From the NCBI GenBank assembly GCA_028714475.1, contig JAQTNC010000002.1, forward strand, positions 14,609 through 78,608: a stretch of DNA of 64,000 bases. Reading direction: 5' to 3'. Below are positions 47,906 to 57,157 of this stretch, piece after piece. Both the position numbers and the translations under genes were made by a program. Source of the stretch: Patescibacteria group bacterium (lineage in GTDB: Bacteria > Patescibacteriota > Patescibacteriia > SG8-24). The notes under the pieces are model-generated. The model was not told where the DNA came from, searched no databases, and was given only the letters and a program-made list of their open reading frames with translations. The first letter of the stretch is position 1, and each line of letters begins with the position of its first letter.

Positions 47906-48610
47906 ATGAACGCCGAACGCCGCAAAACCCATCGATTTTTCACGGCCATCGAAAGAGTCGGTAACGGGATAAGACTGACTGATTCGGCGGTGTGTCACCA
48001 GATTGCCCGCGTCCTGCGCCTGCGGCCGGGGGAAACGATTGTCCTCGCGAATGACGGGCAGGAAACCGAAGCGCGGCTCATTGAAGTCGCACCGGGCAAG
48101 GTGATGGCCGAGATGTTGTCCGTCAAAGACGGTCGGCGCGCGAAAAGGCGCGTCACGCTTTATTGTGCGATCATCAAGAAGGACAATTTCGAGCTCACGG
48201 TGCAGAAGGCGACCGAGGTCGGCGTGGCAGCCATCGTTCCCATCATCACTGAACACACCGTCAAGCTCGGCTTACGCCAGGAACGCCTTGAAAAAATCGC
48301 CCGCGAGGCGGCCGAGCAGTCGGAGCGCGCTGACGTCCCCGTAATCACCCCGGCCCTGTCCCTTGAACAGGCGTTGCGTCAGGCGATAGGGGAGCGCGTC
48401 TTTCTCGATGCCGAGGGCGAGCCGTGGCACGGCCAAGCGGCCGTGAGCGAGGTTTCGCTTTTCATCGGCCCCGAGGGCGGCTGGACGGAGGCGGAAATCG
48501 CCAAAGCCAAGGAAGCCGATTGTCGCCTGGCGCGGCTCGGCGGACTCGTCCTCCGCGCCGAAACCGCGGCCGTTGTCGCCTCACACTTAGCCTGTTGGCC
48601 GCTCGAATAG
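47906..48610 (+). CDS. rsmE: 16S rRNA (uracil1498-N3)-methyltransferase RsmE family
   Basis: HRFF N-terminus. SPOUT C-terminal LFIGPEGGWTEAE. Confidence 0.75.
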   Translation: MNAERRKTHRFFTAIERVGNGIRLTDSAVCHQIARVLRLRPGETIVLANDGQETEARLIEVAPGKVMAEMLSVKDGRRAKRRVTLYCAIIKKDNFELTVQKATEVGVAAIVPIITEHTVKLGLRQERLEKIAREAAEQSERADVPVITPALSLEQALRQAIGERVFLDAEGEPWHGQAAVSEVSLFIGPEGGWTEAEIAKAKEADCRLARLGGLVLRAETAAVVASHLACWPLE

Positions 48611-48679
48611 TCGCCTTCATGCCCTGTTTTGGCCTTATTTGCGTCGCATCGTCTTCAAGCGTATAATATAGATGTACAT

Positions 48680-49063
48680 ATGCCCAAACGAATCCTCTGC
48701 ATAGACGACGACCCGTTCTACAAAGACCTGTTCCGGGCGATTCTCGAGCCGCGCGGCTATGAGGTGTTCACGGCGCTGAATCCGGCCGAAGGCTGGAGCA
48801 TCGCCAGCGAACACAAGCCCGATCTCATCACTCTCGACGTGATGATGCCCGAAAAGGAAGGCATGTTTGACGGTTACGGATTGCTCAAGCGGCTGCAGGA
48901 AGAGCCGGGTTACAAGGACGTGCCGGTCATCATGATTTCGGCCTTGGGTGACCCGGAAGACATCCAGCACGGTCTCAAGGCTGGCGCACGGATGTATCTG
49001 CCGAAGCAGGACATGACGCCGAATCGGCTGGTCGAGGAGATCAAGAAAATCCTGGGGCAATAA
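48680..49063 (+). CDS. Stand-alone response-regulator receiver domain protein
   Basis: ILCIDDD ... DLITLDVMMP ... 127 aa. Confidence 0.75.
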   Translation: MPKRILCIDDDPFYKDLFRAILEPRGYEVFTALNPAEGWSIASEHKPDLITLDVMMPEKEGMFDGYGLLKRLQEEPGYKDVPVIMISALGDPEDIQHGLKAGARMYLPKQDMTPNRLVEEIKKILGQ

Positions 49064-49104
49064 TGATAAACAACAAGCCGCCGGGTGCATCCCGGCGGTT
49101 TTTG

Positions 49105-49200
49105 TAGGTAAGTGCTGGGGTGCTGGAGAAATTGTTGGCGGTATTGTTACGATGTTTAGTTATTCTTTCTTCAGTACTTCAGCACTCCCCAACTTCAGCA
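49105..49200. repeat. Palindromic repeat element, copy 1 (arms gtgctgg(g/a)g ... cttcagtacttcagcactcc ... cagcactc)
   Basis: 20/20 identity of cttcagtacttcagcactcc with 61537-61556. Both copies have inverted half-sites GTGCTGGAG/CTCCAGCAC and GTGCTGAAG/CTTCAGCAC. Confidence 0.6.
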
Positions 49201-49203
49201 CTC

Positions 49204-50577
49204 TTAGTCACCAATCGGCTTGCCCAACGGATGAAGTTCCAACAGCCGCCTGCTCACCGTCACGACCTGGTTCCACTGGTAACCCAACGACGCAAAGGCC
49301 GCCTCCGTCTTGATGACGCGCCGTTCGCCGCCGGAAATCAGGTAGACCGCTGGCACACCCGCCGTTTTCACCAGCCGGCCGTCCGCCAATTTTACGGGCT
49401 CGGCGGTTTGGTAGCGCATCAGTTCCGTCGCCGCGACCGGCTTGGTAATCAAGGCCGGAAACTGGTCAAGAATCGCGCGGTCGAGAAGCGGTTGCTTCTC
49501 TTCGCCGCGCACGAGGTAAACGCCGCCGGTGGCCTTGTCCTGCAACAGCTTGCTGGCCCCCGTGTCGTTATCGTCGCCCAGAGCATCACCATCGGCGTAA
49601 TCGGCGATGTCAGCGGTCACGACGTCCTCCAGCTCCTCCGGATTGAAGCCGAGCCGCCCGAAAGCCTCGGCCGAAACGAACCGCCGCTTGCTGTTCCCGA
49701 CGAGCAGGAACAGATCGCCGGTTTCGGTGCGTACGACGGCCTGGTCCGGCAGGCGCAGGGGGCGCCCCGGCCGTTCATTCTCCAAGGCACGGAAATCGAA
49801 CTCGTTCACGTCCACGATCGGCACGCCGTGAAAACGCGTCTGCAGAACGCTCGCGCTCGCCATGGCGCGCAATCGCCCGTTTTGGATGACGCCGACCGCG
49901 CCGTTCTTCTCGTTGCGTATCACCGTGCCGTCCGGGTAGTCCGGCGGCGCGCCGCCGAACCAATTCTGCCAGATGCTCCAAAGCAACCGGTTGCCGTGCA
50001 GGTGCGGCGTATAACCGTAAAGCGCGGCCGTCGTCAGGTTGGCCGGCGTCACGGTGATGTGGCTGATGGAATAGGGGGTGCCGACCTGACGCTGTCCGGC
50101 CGGAGCCTGACCGCTCTTTAAGTACCAATTCATCCAAGCCGCCCCCGCGTCAATCTGCTTGCCCAGGCCGCGGTATTTGGTCGCGCTCGTCTTGGTACAA
50201 CCGTCGCAAAGCGCGTAGCCGGTTGCCCAATCGAGCTGTTCCCTAGTCGGCGCGGCAGCTTCGACCGCACTCGATTCCTTCTGAATGAGCGCCAGCAGGT
50301 ATCTGGGGTTGATGGAGTATCGGCGGCTGGCATCAGCAATCAGCTGGGCCGCTCCCTTGAGCAGGCCGTCCGTCGGGTCAGCGTCATAATAACGCCCGAG
50401 GCCGCCCTTTCCAGCCAAAAAAACGGCGATGTCAGCGATGTCCATCGCGTCCGCGTCGCGCATCTCGACATCAGTCAGGATAAGATTCGGGTCGAAGGTC
50501 GAGGCGTGAATAGGAGCGGCAACGAACACCGCGACTAAACACAATAAACACGCGAGGAGTTGGCGCTTCATATGCAT
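49204..50577 (-). CDS. Exported hypothetical protein
   Basis: Signal peptide MHMKRQLLACLLCLVAVFVAAPIHA. RBS GGAG. The plus-strand ORF 49120-50121 is a shadow. Confidence 0.6.
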   Translation of the reverse strand: MHMKRQLLACLLCLVAVFVAAPIHASTFDPNLILTDVEMRDADAMDIADIAVFLAGKGGLGRYYDADPTDGLLKGAAQLIADASRRYSINPRYLLALIQKESSAVEAAAPTREQLDWATGYALCDGCTKTSATKYRGLGKQIDAGAAWMNWYLKSGQAPAGQRQVGTPYSISHITVTPANLTTAALYGYTPHLHGNRLLWSIWQNWFGGAPPDYPDGTVIRNEKNGAVGVIQNGRLRAMASASVLQTRFHGVPIVDVNEFDFRALENERPGRPLRLPDQAVVRTETGDLFLLVGNSKRRFVSAEAFGRLGFNPEELEDVVTADIADYADGDALGDDNDTGASKLLQDKATGGVYLVRGEEKQPLLDRAILDQFPALITKPVAATELMRYQTAEPVKLADGRLVKTAGVPAVYLISGGERRVIKTEAAFASLGYQWNQVVTVSRRLLELHPLGKPIGD

Positions 50578-50698
50578 ATATTCTAGTCTCCGCGCGGTCA
50601 TTCGGCAACTCTCTTCCGTCCGCGCCGACCCGGTGCTAAGCTGAAATCAGGCAGTGGACAACTGTTCACTGCCAACTGTCAACTTCACCACTGCCGGT

Positions 50699-51124
50699 AT
50701 GACCTTCAAGAAGGAACCGTTTCTGCAGCGCATCGAGAAGCCATGGGGATTCGAGGTAGTTTACACGCCGCCCGAAATCACGGACAAGACTGGCAAAATC
50801 CTTTTCACCAAGGCGGGCAAGAAATGGTCGTTCCAGTACCACGACCAGAAACAGGAGACCATCTGCTGTCTCATGGGCAAGGCGCTGATTTGGCTCGAGA
50901 ACGATCAGGGCGAGATCGAAAAGATTCCCATGGTCCCGATGGCGGGCTATACCATCACGCCCGGACAGAAACACCGCGTCGAAGCCATCGAAGACTCCTA
51001 CATGATCGAGACGTCGATGTCCGAGCGCGGCACGACCGTCCGGCTGTCAGACGATTACGCCCGCGCAGACGAAACCGACGCCATGCGCGCCCAGGAAAAC
51101 CGGGGATGGAAGCCACCGGCATAA
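50699..51124 (+). CDS. Cupin-domain protein
   Basis: Cupin two-motif beta-barrel pattern (G..H.H, P.G..H). Confidence 0.55.
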   Translation: MTFKKEPFLQRIEKPWGFEVVYTPPEITDKTGKILFTKAGKKWSFQYHDQKQETICCLMGKALIWLENDQGEIEKIPMVPMAGYTITPGQKHRVEAIEDSYMIETSMSERGTTVRLSDDYARADETDAMRAQENRGWKPPA

Positions 51125-51153
51125 AGGTATTGACGAGCTGAACAAAAGACGAT

Positions 51154-51180
51154 AATATCCTAGTAGAACACTAGGATATT
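51154..51180. promoter_or_regulatory. Perfect 11-N5-11 palindrome AATATCCTAGT-agaac-ACTAGGATATT overlapping a TTGACG-17-TAATAT promoter and followed by a T-run. Operator and/or terminator.
   Basis: Direct read. Lies between the cupin stop and the Rrf2-suf operon. Confidence 0.5.
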
Positions 51181-51474
51181 GTTTTTTGTCGTTTGGTGTG
51201 AATATCGAGCAGGCCATGACCACGAGCGGCCAGCTCCGCCGCCCGCGCGGGAGGCGCTCCGGGCCGGGCGCGTTCCACCCGCGCCCTTAAGACGGCCCTC
51301 CGCACCAGCCCTCGCGTGCGGCTCCGCTGGCCGCGAGACGCGTGAGTGACGCAGACGGATGAGAGAAAGGCGCTCGCAGGGTTACATGGCCCGACGGCAG
51401 TCAGGCCGATGCTCGCGTAAGGAAGGTTTCATGCGCCTAAATCAATACCTAAAGACGAAGAACCGATATTATTT

Positions 51475-51930
51475 ATGGCTCAACTCTTCCGCGTTCCCCA
51501 ACGGGTTCATCACGGCCTGCTCATCGCCACTGAATTGGCGTCGCTCCATCGGGGTGGCGGCTGGTTGTCGCTCGACGAAATGGCCCGCCGAACCAGCATT
51601 TCCCAAGGCTTCCTCGAACAGGCGGTGACGCCGCTTCGCCGAGCCGGCTTGGTGGACGGGCGCCGCGGTCCGCAAGGCGGCTACCGGCTGGCGCATGCTC
51701 CGCGAAGCGTGTCCGTGGCGGCCGTCATCGAGGCTATCGAAGGGCCGACATCCGTGGCCGCCTGCACCGGAGCCTCAGCCCACTGCGGGCTGGCCTCGAT
51801 CTGTTCCAGCCGAAAAATCTGGTCCGCGGTTCAAGCCAGCCTTGATCTGACCCTGCGGCGGCTCAAGCTGTCGGACCTCGCCGGCGGCTCCTGCTGTGGC
51901 GGACACGGAAAGAAAAAACACGAACCATGA
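51475..51930 (+). CDS. Rrf2-family (IscR/SufR-like) transcriptional regulator
   Basis: wHTH segment ...LSLDEMARRTSISQGFLEQAVTPLRRAGLVDGRRGPQGGYRLA. C-terminal Cys residues. Confidence 0.75.
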   Translation: MAQLFRVPQRVHHGLLIATELASLHRGGGWLSLDEMARRTSISQGFLEQAVTPLRRAGLVDGRRGPQGGYRLAHAPRSVSVAAVIEAIEGPTSVAACTGASAHCGLASICSSRKIWSAVQASLDLTLRRLKLSDLAGGSCCGGHGKKKHEP

Positions 51931-52100
51931 ATCATAATTAAAAAGCGCGTCGCCCCAGCCGCCAGAAACTTGGCCGGGACGACGCAGTCGTGCACGAAAC
52001 GGAAAGTGTCTGACGCTAGCATAGCAGGAACCCGCTATTTCGCATCGACATAGTTAAATGATGACGCAAATCGCAATTTCTGTCAATAACCCCGGATAAT

Positions 52101-53486
52101 TTGGGGCAAGTCATGAAGAAATCTCCCTCGAAAACGGCCCACGCCACAAGTCCGGCGAAAACCCGCGGTCTCACCCGCGAGGCGGTTTTGGCGATTTCGC
52201 GGCACAAGCAGGAGCCGACCTGGATGCGCGACCTACGGCTGAAGGCCTTCGGGCTTTATCTCCGGACGCCGCTCCCGAACTGGGGCCCAAGCCTCAAGCG
52301 GCTGAAGCTCGATCGCCTGATCTATTTCGCCGATCCCGGCACCCGCCTCGCCTCCAGATGGGAGGACGTGCCGTCGGACATCCGCGACACCTTCGAGAGT
52401 CTCGGCATACCCGAGGCCGAGCGCCGCGTCTTTTCCGGCGCGGGCGCGCAATTCGATTCCGAGGGCATCTACCATCGGCTGAAGGAACTATGGGCCAAAC
52501 AGGGCGTGATTTTCGAGGACATGGATGTCGCCGTCCGCAAATATCCGGATCTGGTCCGCCGCCATTTCATGACCGATTGCGTGCCCATGAGCGACCATAA
52601 GTTCACCATGCTCCACGCCGCGGTCTGGAGCGGTGGCACCTTCATTTATATCCCGCCCGGCGTGAAAGTGACGGCCCCGCTTCAGGCCTACTTCCGCATG
52701 AACACGGAAGGTGCAGGTCAATTCGAGCACACCATCATCATCGCCGACCGCGGCAGCGAGGTGCATTACATCGAGGGCTGCAGCGCACCGCGCTACGTGA
52801 AGAGCTCGCTGCACGACGGCTGCGTGGAAATCCACGTCAAGGAAGGGGCGCGCGTGCAGTATTCAAGCGTCGAGAACTGGAGCAAGAACGTCTTCAACCT
52901 CAACACCAAGCGCGCGGTCGTCGAGGCCGACGGTTCCATCGAATGGCTGGGCGGCAATCTCGGCAGCGGTGTCACCATGCTGTACCCGATGAGCGTCCTG
53001 CGTGGCGCCCGCGCCCGATCCGATTATCTCGGCCTGGCCTTTGCTGGCCCAGGACAGGAGCAGGACACCGGCATGAAGGTCGTCCATGCCGCGCCGGACA
53101 CGTCCTCCACCGCGCGCACCAAAAGCGTCAGCCGCGGCGGCGGCATCGCGACCTTCCGCGGCTCGGTGCGCGTCACGCCTGCCGCCCGCAACTCGACGGC
53201 CAGCGTTTCCTGCCAGTCCCTGCTCCTGGACAACTGTTCCGCGGCCAATGCCATCCCGGTCATCCGCGTGGACAACGACGCCTCTTCCGCCTCGCATGAG
53301 GCCACGGTCGGCCGCATCGGGGAGGCGGAACTGTTTTACCTGATGAGCCGCGGCCTTGACGAGGAGGCCGCCCGCAAGACGATCGTCAACGGCTTTTTCG
53401 AGCCGGTGGCGCGCCGCCTGCCGCTTGAATACGCGGTTGAACTCAATCGTCTTGTCGAACTAGAAATGGAGGCTTCCGTCATCTGA
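52101..53486 (+). CDS. sufB: Fe-S cluster assembly protein SufB
   Basis: HAAVWSGGTFIYIPPGV and KSVSRGGGIATFRGSVRV blocks. 461 aa. Confidence 0.85.
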   Translation: MGQVMKKSPSKTAHATSPAKTRGLTREAVLAISRHKQEPTWMRDLRLKAFGLYLRTPLPNWGPSLKRLKLDRLIYFADPGTRLASRWEDVPSDIRDTFESLGIPEAERRVFSGAGAQFDSEGIYHRLKELWAKQGVIFEDMDVAVRKYPDLVRRHFMTDCVPMSDHKFTMLHAAVWSGGTFIYIPPGVKVTAPLQAYFRMNTEGAGQFEHTIIIADRGSEVHYIEGCSAPRYVKSSLHDGCVEIHVKEGARVQYSSVENWSKNVFNLNTKRAVVEADGSIEWLGGNLGSGVTMLYPMSVLRGARARSDYLGLAFAGPGQEQDTGMKVVHAAPDTSSTARTKSVSRGGGIATFRGSVRVTPAARNSTASVSCQSLLLDNCSAANAIPVIRVDNDASSASHEATVGRIGEAELFYLMSRGLDEEAARKTIVNGFFEPVARRLPLEYAVELNRLVELEMEASVI

Positions 53487-53487
53487 T

Positions 53488-54615
53488 ATGCCGCGCCGAA
53501 TGCCGAAAACAAACGGTCGAAAGGAACTGCCTAGCTTCCGCTTCGGGCTGGGCGTGGAGTTTGCCGCGCATACCTGGCCATCACCGCTTGGGCGCCAGCC
53601 AAACAAGCCGCCCTCGTCGCCGACGATTGACGTCCCGGAACCGGTCGAGCTGATGAAGCCGTCCGTCGCAGCTAAGGCTTTGCGGAGCATGAAAACGCCG
53701 GGGGTTGTCCAACCCGACGCCCTTCGTCGTTGGCACGAACAGCATTCCCAGACTCTGGGCATCCGCATACCAAATGACGTACAGATTATGGAACCTATTT
53801 GCCTCGACTGGCGTCTGCCCGACGGCCTGCACGCCAACCGCCTCATCGTCATTGCGGAACAGGGGAGTCGCGCCACGCTCATAGAACGCGTCGGCGGCAA
53901 GGGAGCGCTGACCAACAGCAGCTCCATCGTGGTCCTGGCTGAAGCCGGGTCATCCTTCACCCATATTCGCGTTCAGAACCTGCCCGACGACGCCACCGAT
54001 TACGTCTGGCGCGATGCCGTGGCCATGGCCGGCGCGTCGGTCACCTGGCTCGATTGCGCGTTTGGCGCGTCGGTCATTGACCGTTCACGGACCGTCCTTG
54101 CCGAACCGAACGCATCCGTAGCCGTTCGCCGCCTCGTCTTCGGCGACGGCGAACGCAGAATCGCGGTCGAGGACAAGGTTCGCCACGCCGCAAATGCTAC
54201 CGCTTCCGACATCGTTTTCCGCGGCGCGGCGGGCGACTCGTCACGGGTCGTGAACCGCGCCCATGCGGACGTCCCGCCATGCCTCAAGGGCTGTATCGTG
54301 AGCGAGAAAAGCGATACAATTCTTTGGAGTCCCTTGGCCTGGGCCGCCGCCCTGCCGGAAATGTCCGTGGCCTCGCCGGAATCCAACTGCCGACATGCAG
54401 CCGCCACCGGCGCGATTGATCCACAGCGCCTCTTTTACCTTCAGACCCGCGGTCTTGACCGGTCAGCCGCTCTCCAACTCGCGGTCAGCGGGTTCTTCGC
54501 TCCGATCATCGACGATATGCGTCACCGCAGCCCGTCGGAAATGATCGAGCGCCTCATCGCCGAACGATTCAAGCACCACGAAAAATCGACCAACCATGAT
54601 TATGACCGTAGCTGA
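53488..54615 (+). CDS. sufD: Fe-S cluster assembly protein SufD
   Basis: Starts 2 nt after the sufB stop. C-terminal SufB/D beta-helix similarity (LFYLQTRGL). Confidence 0.7.
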   Translation: MPRRMPKTNGRKELPSFRFGLGVEFAAHTWPSPLGRQPNKPPSSPTIDVPEPVELMKPSVAAKALRSMKTPGVVQPDALRRWHEQHSQTLGIRIPNDVQIMEPICLDWRLPDGLHANRLIVIAEQGSRATLIERVGGKGALTNSSSIVVLAEAGSSFTHIRVQNLPDDATDYVWRDAVAMAGASVTWLDCAFGASVIDRSRTVLAEPNASVAVRRLVFGDGERRIAVEDKVRHAANATASDIVFRGAAGDSSRVVNRAHADVPPCLKGCIVSEKSDTILWSPLAWAAALPEMSVASPESNCRHAAATGAIDPQRLFYLQTRGLDRSAALQLAVSGFFAPIIDDMRHRSPSEMIERLIAERFKHHEKSTNHDYDRS

Positions 54616-55831
54616 CAAGCGCCTAAACCCAAGCCGCCTGCGCCGCGATTTCCCGATGTATGCCCGTCGGCGTAATTTCGTTTATCTTGATTCCGCCGCC
54701 TCATCGCAGACGCCGCTCGCCGTTCTCAAGGCGATGAACGACTTTTACGGACAATGCCGCGCCAACATCCATCGCGGCATGTATTCGGCCAGTTTGGAAG
54801 CGACCAATCGCTACGAAGCCGCCCGCGCGAAAATCGCGGCCTTCTTGAACGCCGCGCCGGACGAAACCATCATGACGCGCGGCGCCACCGAATCGCTCAA
54901 CCTTCTGGTTCAGACGCTGGCACGCCGGCTCGGTCCTGGCGACGAGGTCGTAACCACGCTCATGGAGCACCACAGCAATTTCGTGCCGTGGCAGCAGCTC
55001 GCCAAGGAGCGCGGCTTCACGCTCAAGTTCGTCGGTCTCACGCCGGATTTCCAGATGGACATGGCCGCCGCGCGCCGACTCATCTCGTCAAAAACGAAAG
55101 TGGTGACGGTCACGCACGTCTCCAACGCCATGGGCACGGTGACGCCGGTGGCGGAACTGGCCAAGCTCACACACGCGGTCGGCGCCGTGCTCATCGTGGA
55201 CGCCGCGCAATCAATCGGCCACCGCCCGATTGACGTCAAGAAACTGGGTTGCGACTTCCTGGCCTTCAGCGGCCACAAGATGTTCGGCCCGACCGGCACC
55301 GGCGTCCTTTTCGGCCGCCGCGACCGGCTTCAGGCCCTCCCGCCCTACATGTATGGCGGCGACATGATCAGCCGCGTCACCAAGGACAAATCCGAATGGA
55401 ACGAACTGCCGTGGAAATTCGAAGCCGGTACACCCAACATCGCCGGCGTGATCGGCCTGGGCGCGGCCATCGATTTCATCGGCATACTCGGCGAGAAGAA
55501 CATCCACGCCCACGAACAGCGGCTGACGAATCTTGCCTTGGGACGGTTGAGTAAAATCAAGGGCCTGCGCGTCATCGGCCCGTCCGCCAAGGCCGACCGC
55601 GGCGCGGTCATCTCGTTCGTGCTCGGCGATGTCCACCCGCACGACCTCACCAACGTGCTCGCCGATGCCGGCGTCTGCGTGCGCGGCGGTCACCACTGCG
55701 CCATGCCGCTCATGCTCGAACTTGGCCTCGCCGGCACGACCCGCGCCAGCTTTTCCGTTTACAACGACGAAAAGGACGTTTCGGCCTTGGTCGCGGCGAT
55801 TCAGAAGGCCAAAAAGATGTTTGACGTATGA
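54596..55831 (+). CDS. sufS: Cysteine desulfurase SufS (class V aminotransferase)
   Basis: RRDFPM...YLDSAASSQ N-terminus. PLP-lysine SGHKMFGPTG. Catalytic Cys loop RGGHHCA. Confidence 0.85.
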   Translation: MIMTVADKRLNPSRLRRDFPMYARRRNFVYLDSAASSQTPLAVLKAMNDFYGQCRANIHRGMYSASLEATNRYEAARAKIAAFLNAAPDETIMTRGATESLNLLVQTLARRLGPGDEVVTTLMEHHSNFVPWQQLAKERGFTLKFVGLTPDFQMDMAAARRLISSKTKVVTVTHVSNAMGTVTPVAELAKLTHAVGAVLIVDAAQSIGHRPIDVKKLGCDFLAFSGHKMFGPTGTGVLFGRRDRLQALPPYMYGGDMISRVTKDKSEWNELPWKFEAGTPNIAGVIGLGAAIDFIGILGEKNIHAHEQRLTNLALGRLSKIKGLRVIGPSAKADRGAVISFVLGDVHPHDLTNVLADAGVCVRGGHHCAMPLMLELGLAGTTRASFSVYNDEKDVSALVAAIQKAKKMFDV

Positions 55832-56271
55832 CAAAAAGGAAACCCGCGGCCAAACAATCGGCACCGCCCGCCACCCGTGACATCGACTTGCTTTACCGCG
55901 AGGAGATTCTCGACCACTACCGCCGACCGCATCATTTCGGCAGCCTGCCGGACGCCAACCTCAAGCGCCGCGAGACCAACTTCAGCTGCGGCGATGACCT
56001 GGAATTCCAGATCAAGACCGAAAACCACCGCGTGCGCGGCATCGCCTTCACCGGTCGCGGCTGTGCCGTGAGCGTGGCAGCCGCGTCCATGCTGACGGAC
56101 AAGGTCATCGGCATGAACGAAAAGCAGATTGCCAAGCTGACGGCCAAGGACATCATGAGGCTCCTGGGCGTGGAGTTCGGCCCGGCTCGAATCAAGTGCG
56201 CCCTGCTCGGCCTGCGCGCCGTCCAGCAGGCCATCACCCCCGCGCCGAAAGGGGAAAGCGAAAAGAAGTGA
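55828..56271 (+). CDS. sufU: SufU/IscU-like sulfur-acceptor scaffold protein
   Basis: NifU-N-like. Conserved Cys in GDDLEF and GRGCAVS. Confidence 0.8.
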   Translation: MTKRKPAAKQSAPPATRDIDLLYREEILDHYRRPHHFGSLPDANLKRRETNFSCGDDLEFQIKTENHRVRGIAFTGRGCAVSVAAASMLTDKVIGMNEKQIAKLTAKDIMRLLGVEFGPARIKCALLGLRAVQQAITPAPKGESEKK

Positions 56272-56272
56272 T

Positions 56273-57010
56273 ATGTCGCCAATTGCCCTAAGCATCGAAA
56301 ACCTGCGCGTGCGACGTTCCGGACAGACCATCGTCAAGGGCGTGAGCCTTGAAATCCCGCCAGGAAAAATCGTCGCCCTCATGGGTCCGAACGGTTCGGG
56401 CAAGAGCACCGTCGCCAATGCCGTGTTCGGCCATCCGGGCTACCAAACATCAGGGAAAATCCGCCTCGACGGACGCGACCTGACAAAAGCCCCGACGCAC
56501 GAGCGCTCGCGGGCCGGCCTATTCATGTCCTTGCAGCAGCCGCCGGAAATTCCCGGCGTATCCGTATCCGCTTTCCTTCGCGCCGCGGTCAATGCCCGCC
56601 GCGAACAGCCGATATCGGTTGGCGATTTCCAAACCATCCTAAAAAACAACCTGAAAATCGTCGGCTTGCCGAACGACTTCGCGCACCGACCGCTGAATGA
56701 GGGATTTTCCGGCGGCGAAAAGAAGCGCGCCGAGCTGCTGCAGCTGCTGACGCTGCAGCCGAAATACGTCATTCTTGACGAACTGGACGCTGGTCTTGAC
56801 GCCGACGCATTGCGCGCCGTGACGGCGACCATCGAAAACCTGCGTCGCCGGAAAATCGGCATCCTGCTCATCACCCATTCGCCGCGTTTTCTCAAGAAAC
56901 TCAAGCCCGACCGCGTCCATGTGCTCATCGAAGGACGCCTCGCCGCGAGCGGCGGCCCCGAACTCGCGTCTCGCGTCGAGACGAAGGGGTACGAAAGATT
57001 CGGAGTATAG
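56273..57010 (+). CDS. sufC: Fe-S cluster assembly ATPase SufC
   Basis: MGPNGSGKST. FSGGEKKRAELLQL. 245 aa. Confidence 0.85.
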   Translation: MSPIALSIENLRVRRSGQTIVKGVSLEIPPGKIVALMGPNGSGKSTVANAVFGHPGYQTSGKIRLDGRDLTKAPTHERSRAGLFMSLQQPPEIPGVSVSAFLRAAVNARREQPISVGDFQTILKNNLKIVGLPNDFAHRPLNEGFSGGEKKRAELLQLLTLQPKYVILDELDAGLDADALRAVTATIENLRRRKIGILLITHSPRFLKKLKPDRVHVLIEGRLAASGGPELASRVETKGYERFGV

Positions 57011-57157
57011 CACTCCGGCATCCGCTCCAGCTTCGCGTAAGCCGCGAACACCGCACCCATGACGCGTTCGCATTTTTTGACGACCGGGCGCGCACAACCC
57101 TTTTAATTTCACGCTCGACTGATATACTCATAAAAATACTTAACAAATCATGACCAT

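Noticed and set aside
51430-51628. 66-codon frame with strong SD (AAGGAAGG-N4-ATG) overlapping the Rrf2 gene start; the first residues MRLNQYLKTKNRYY superficially resemble an Rrf2 N-terminus
   Set aside because: The 51475 frame aligns to the Rrf2 wHTH throughout, so the resemblance is coincidental or a uORF. A frameshift is not supported by the downstream alignment.
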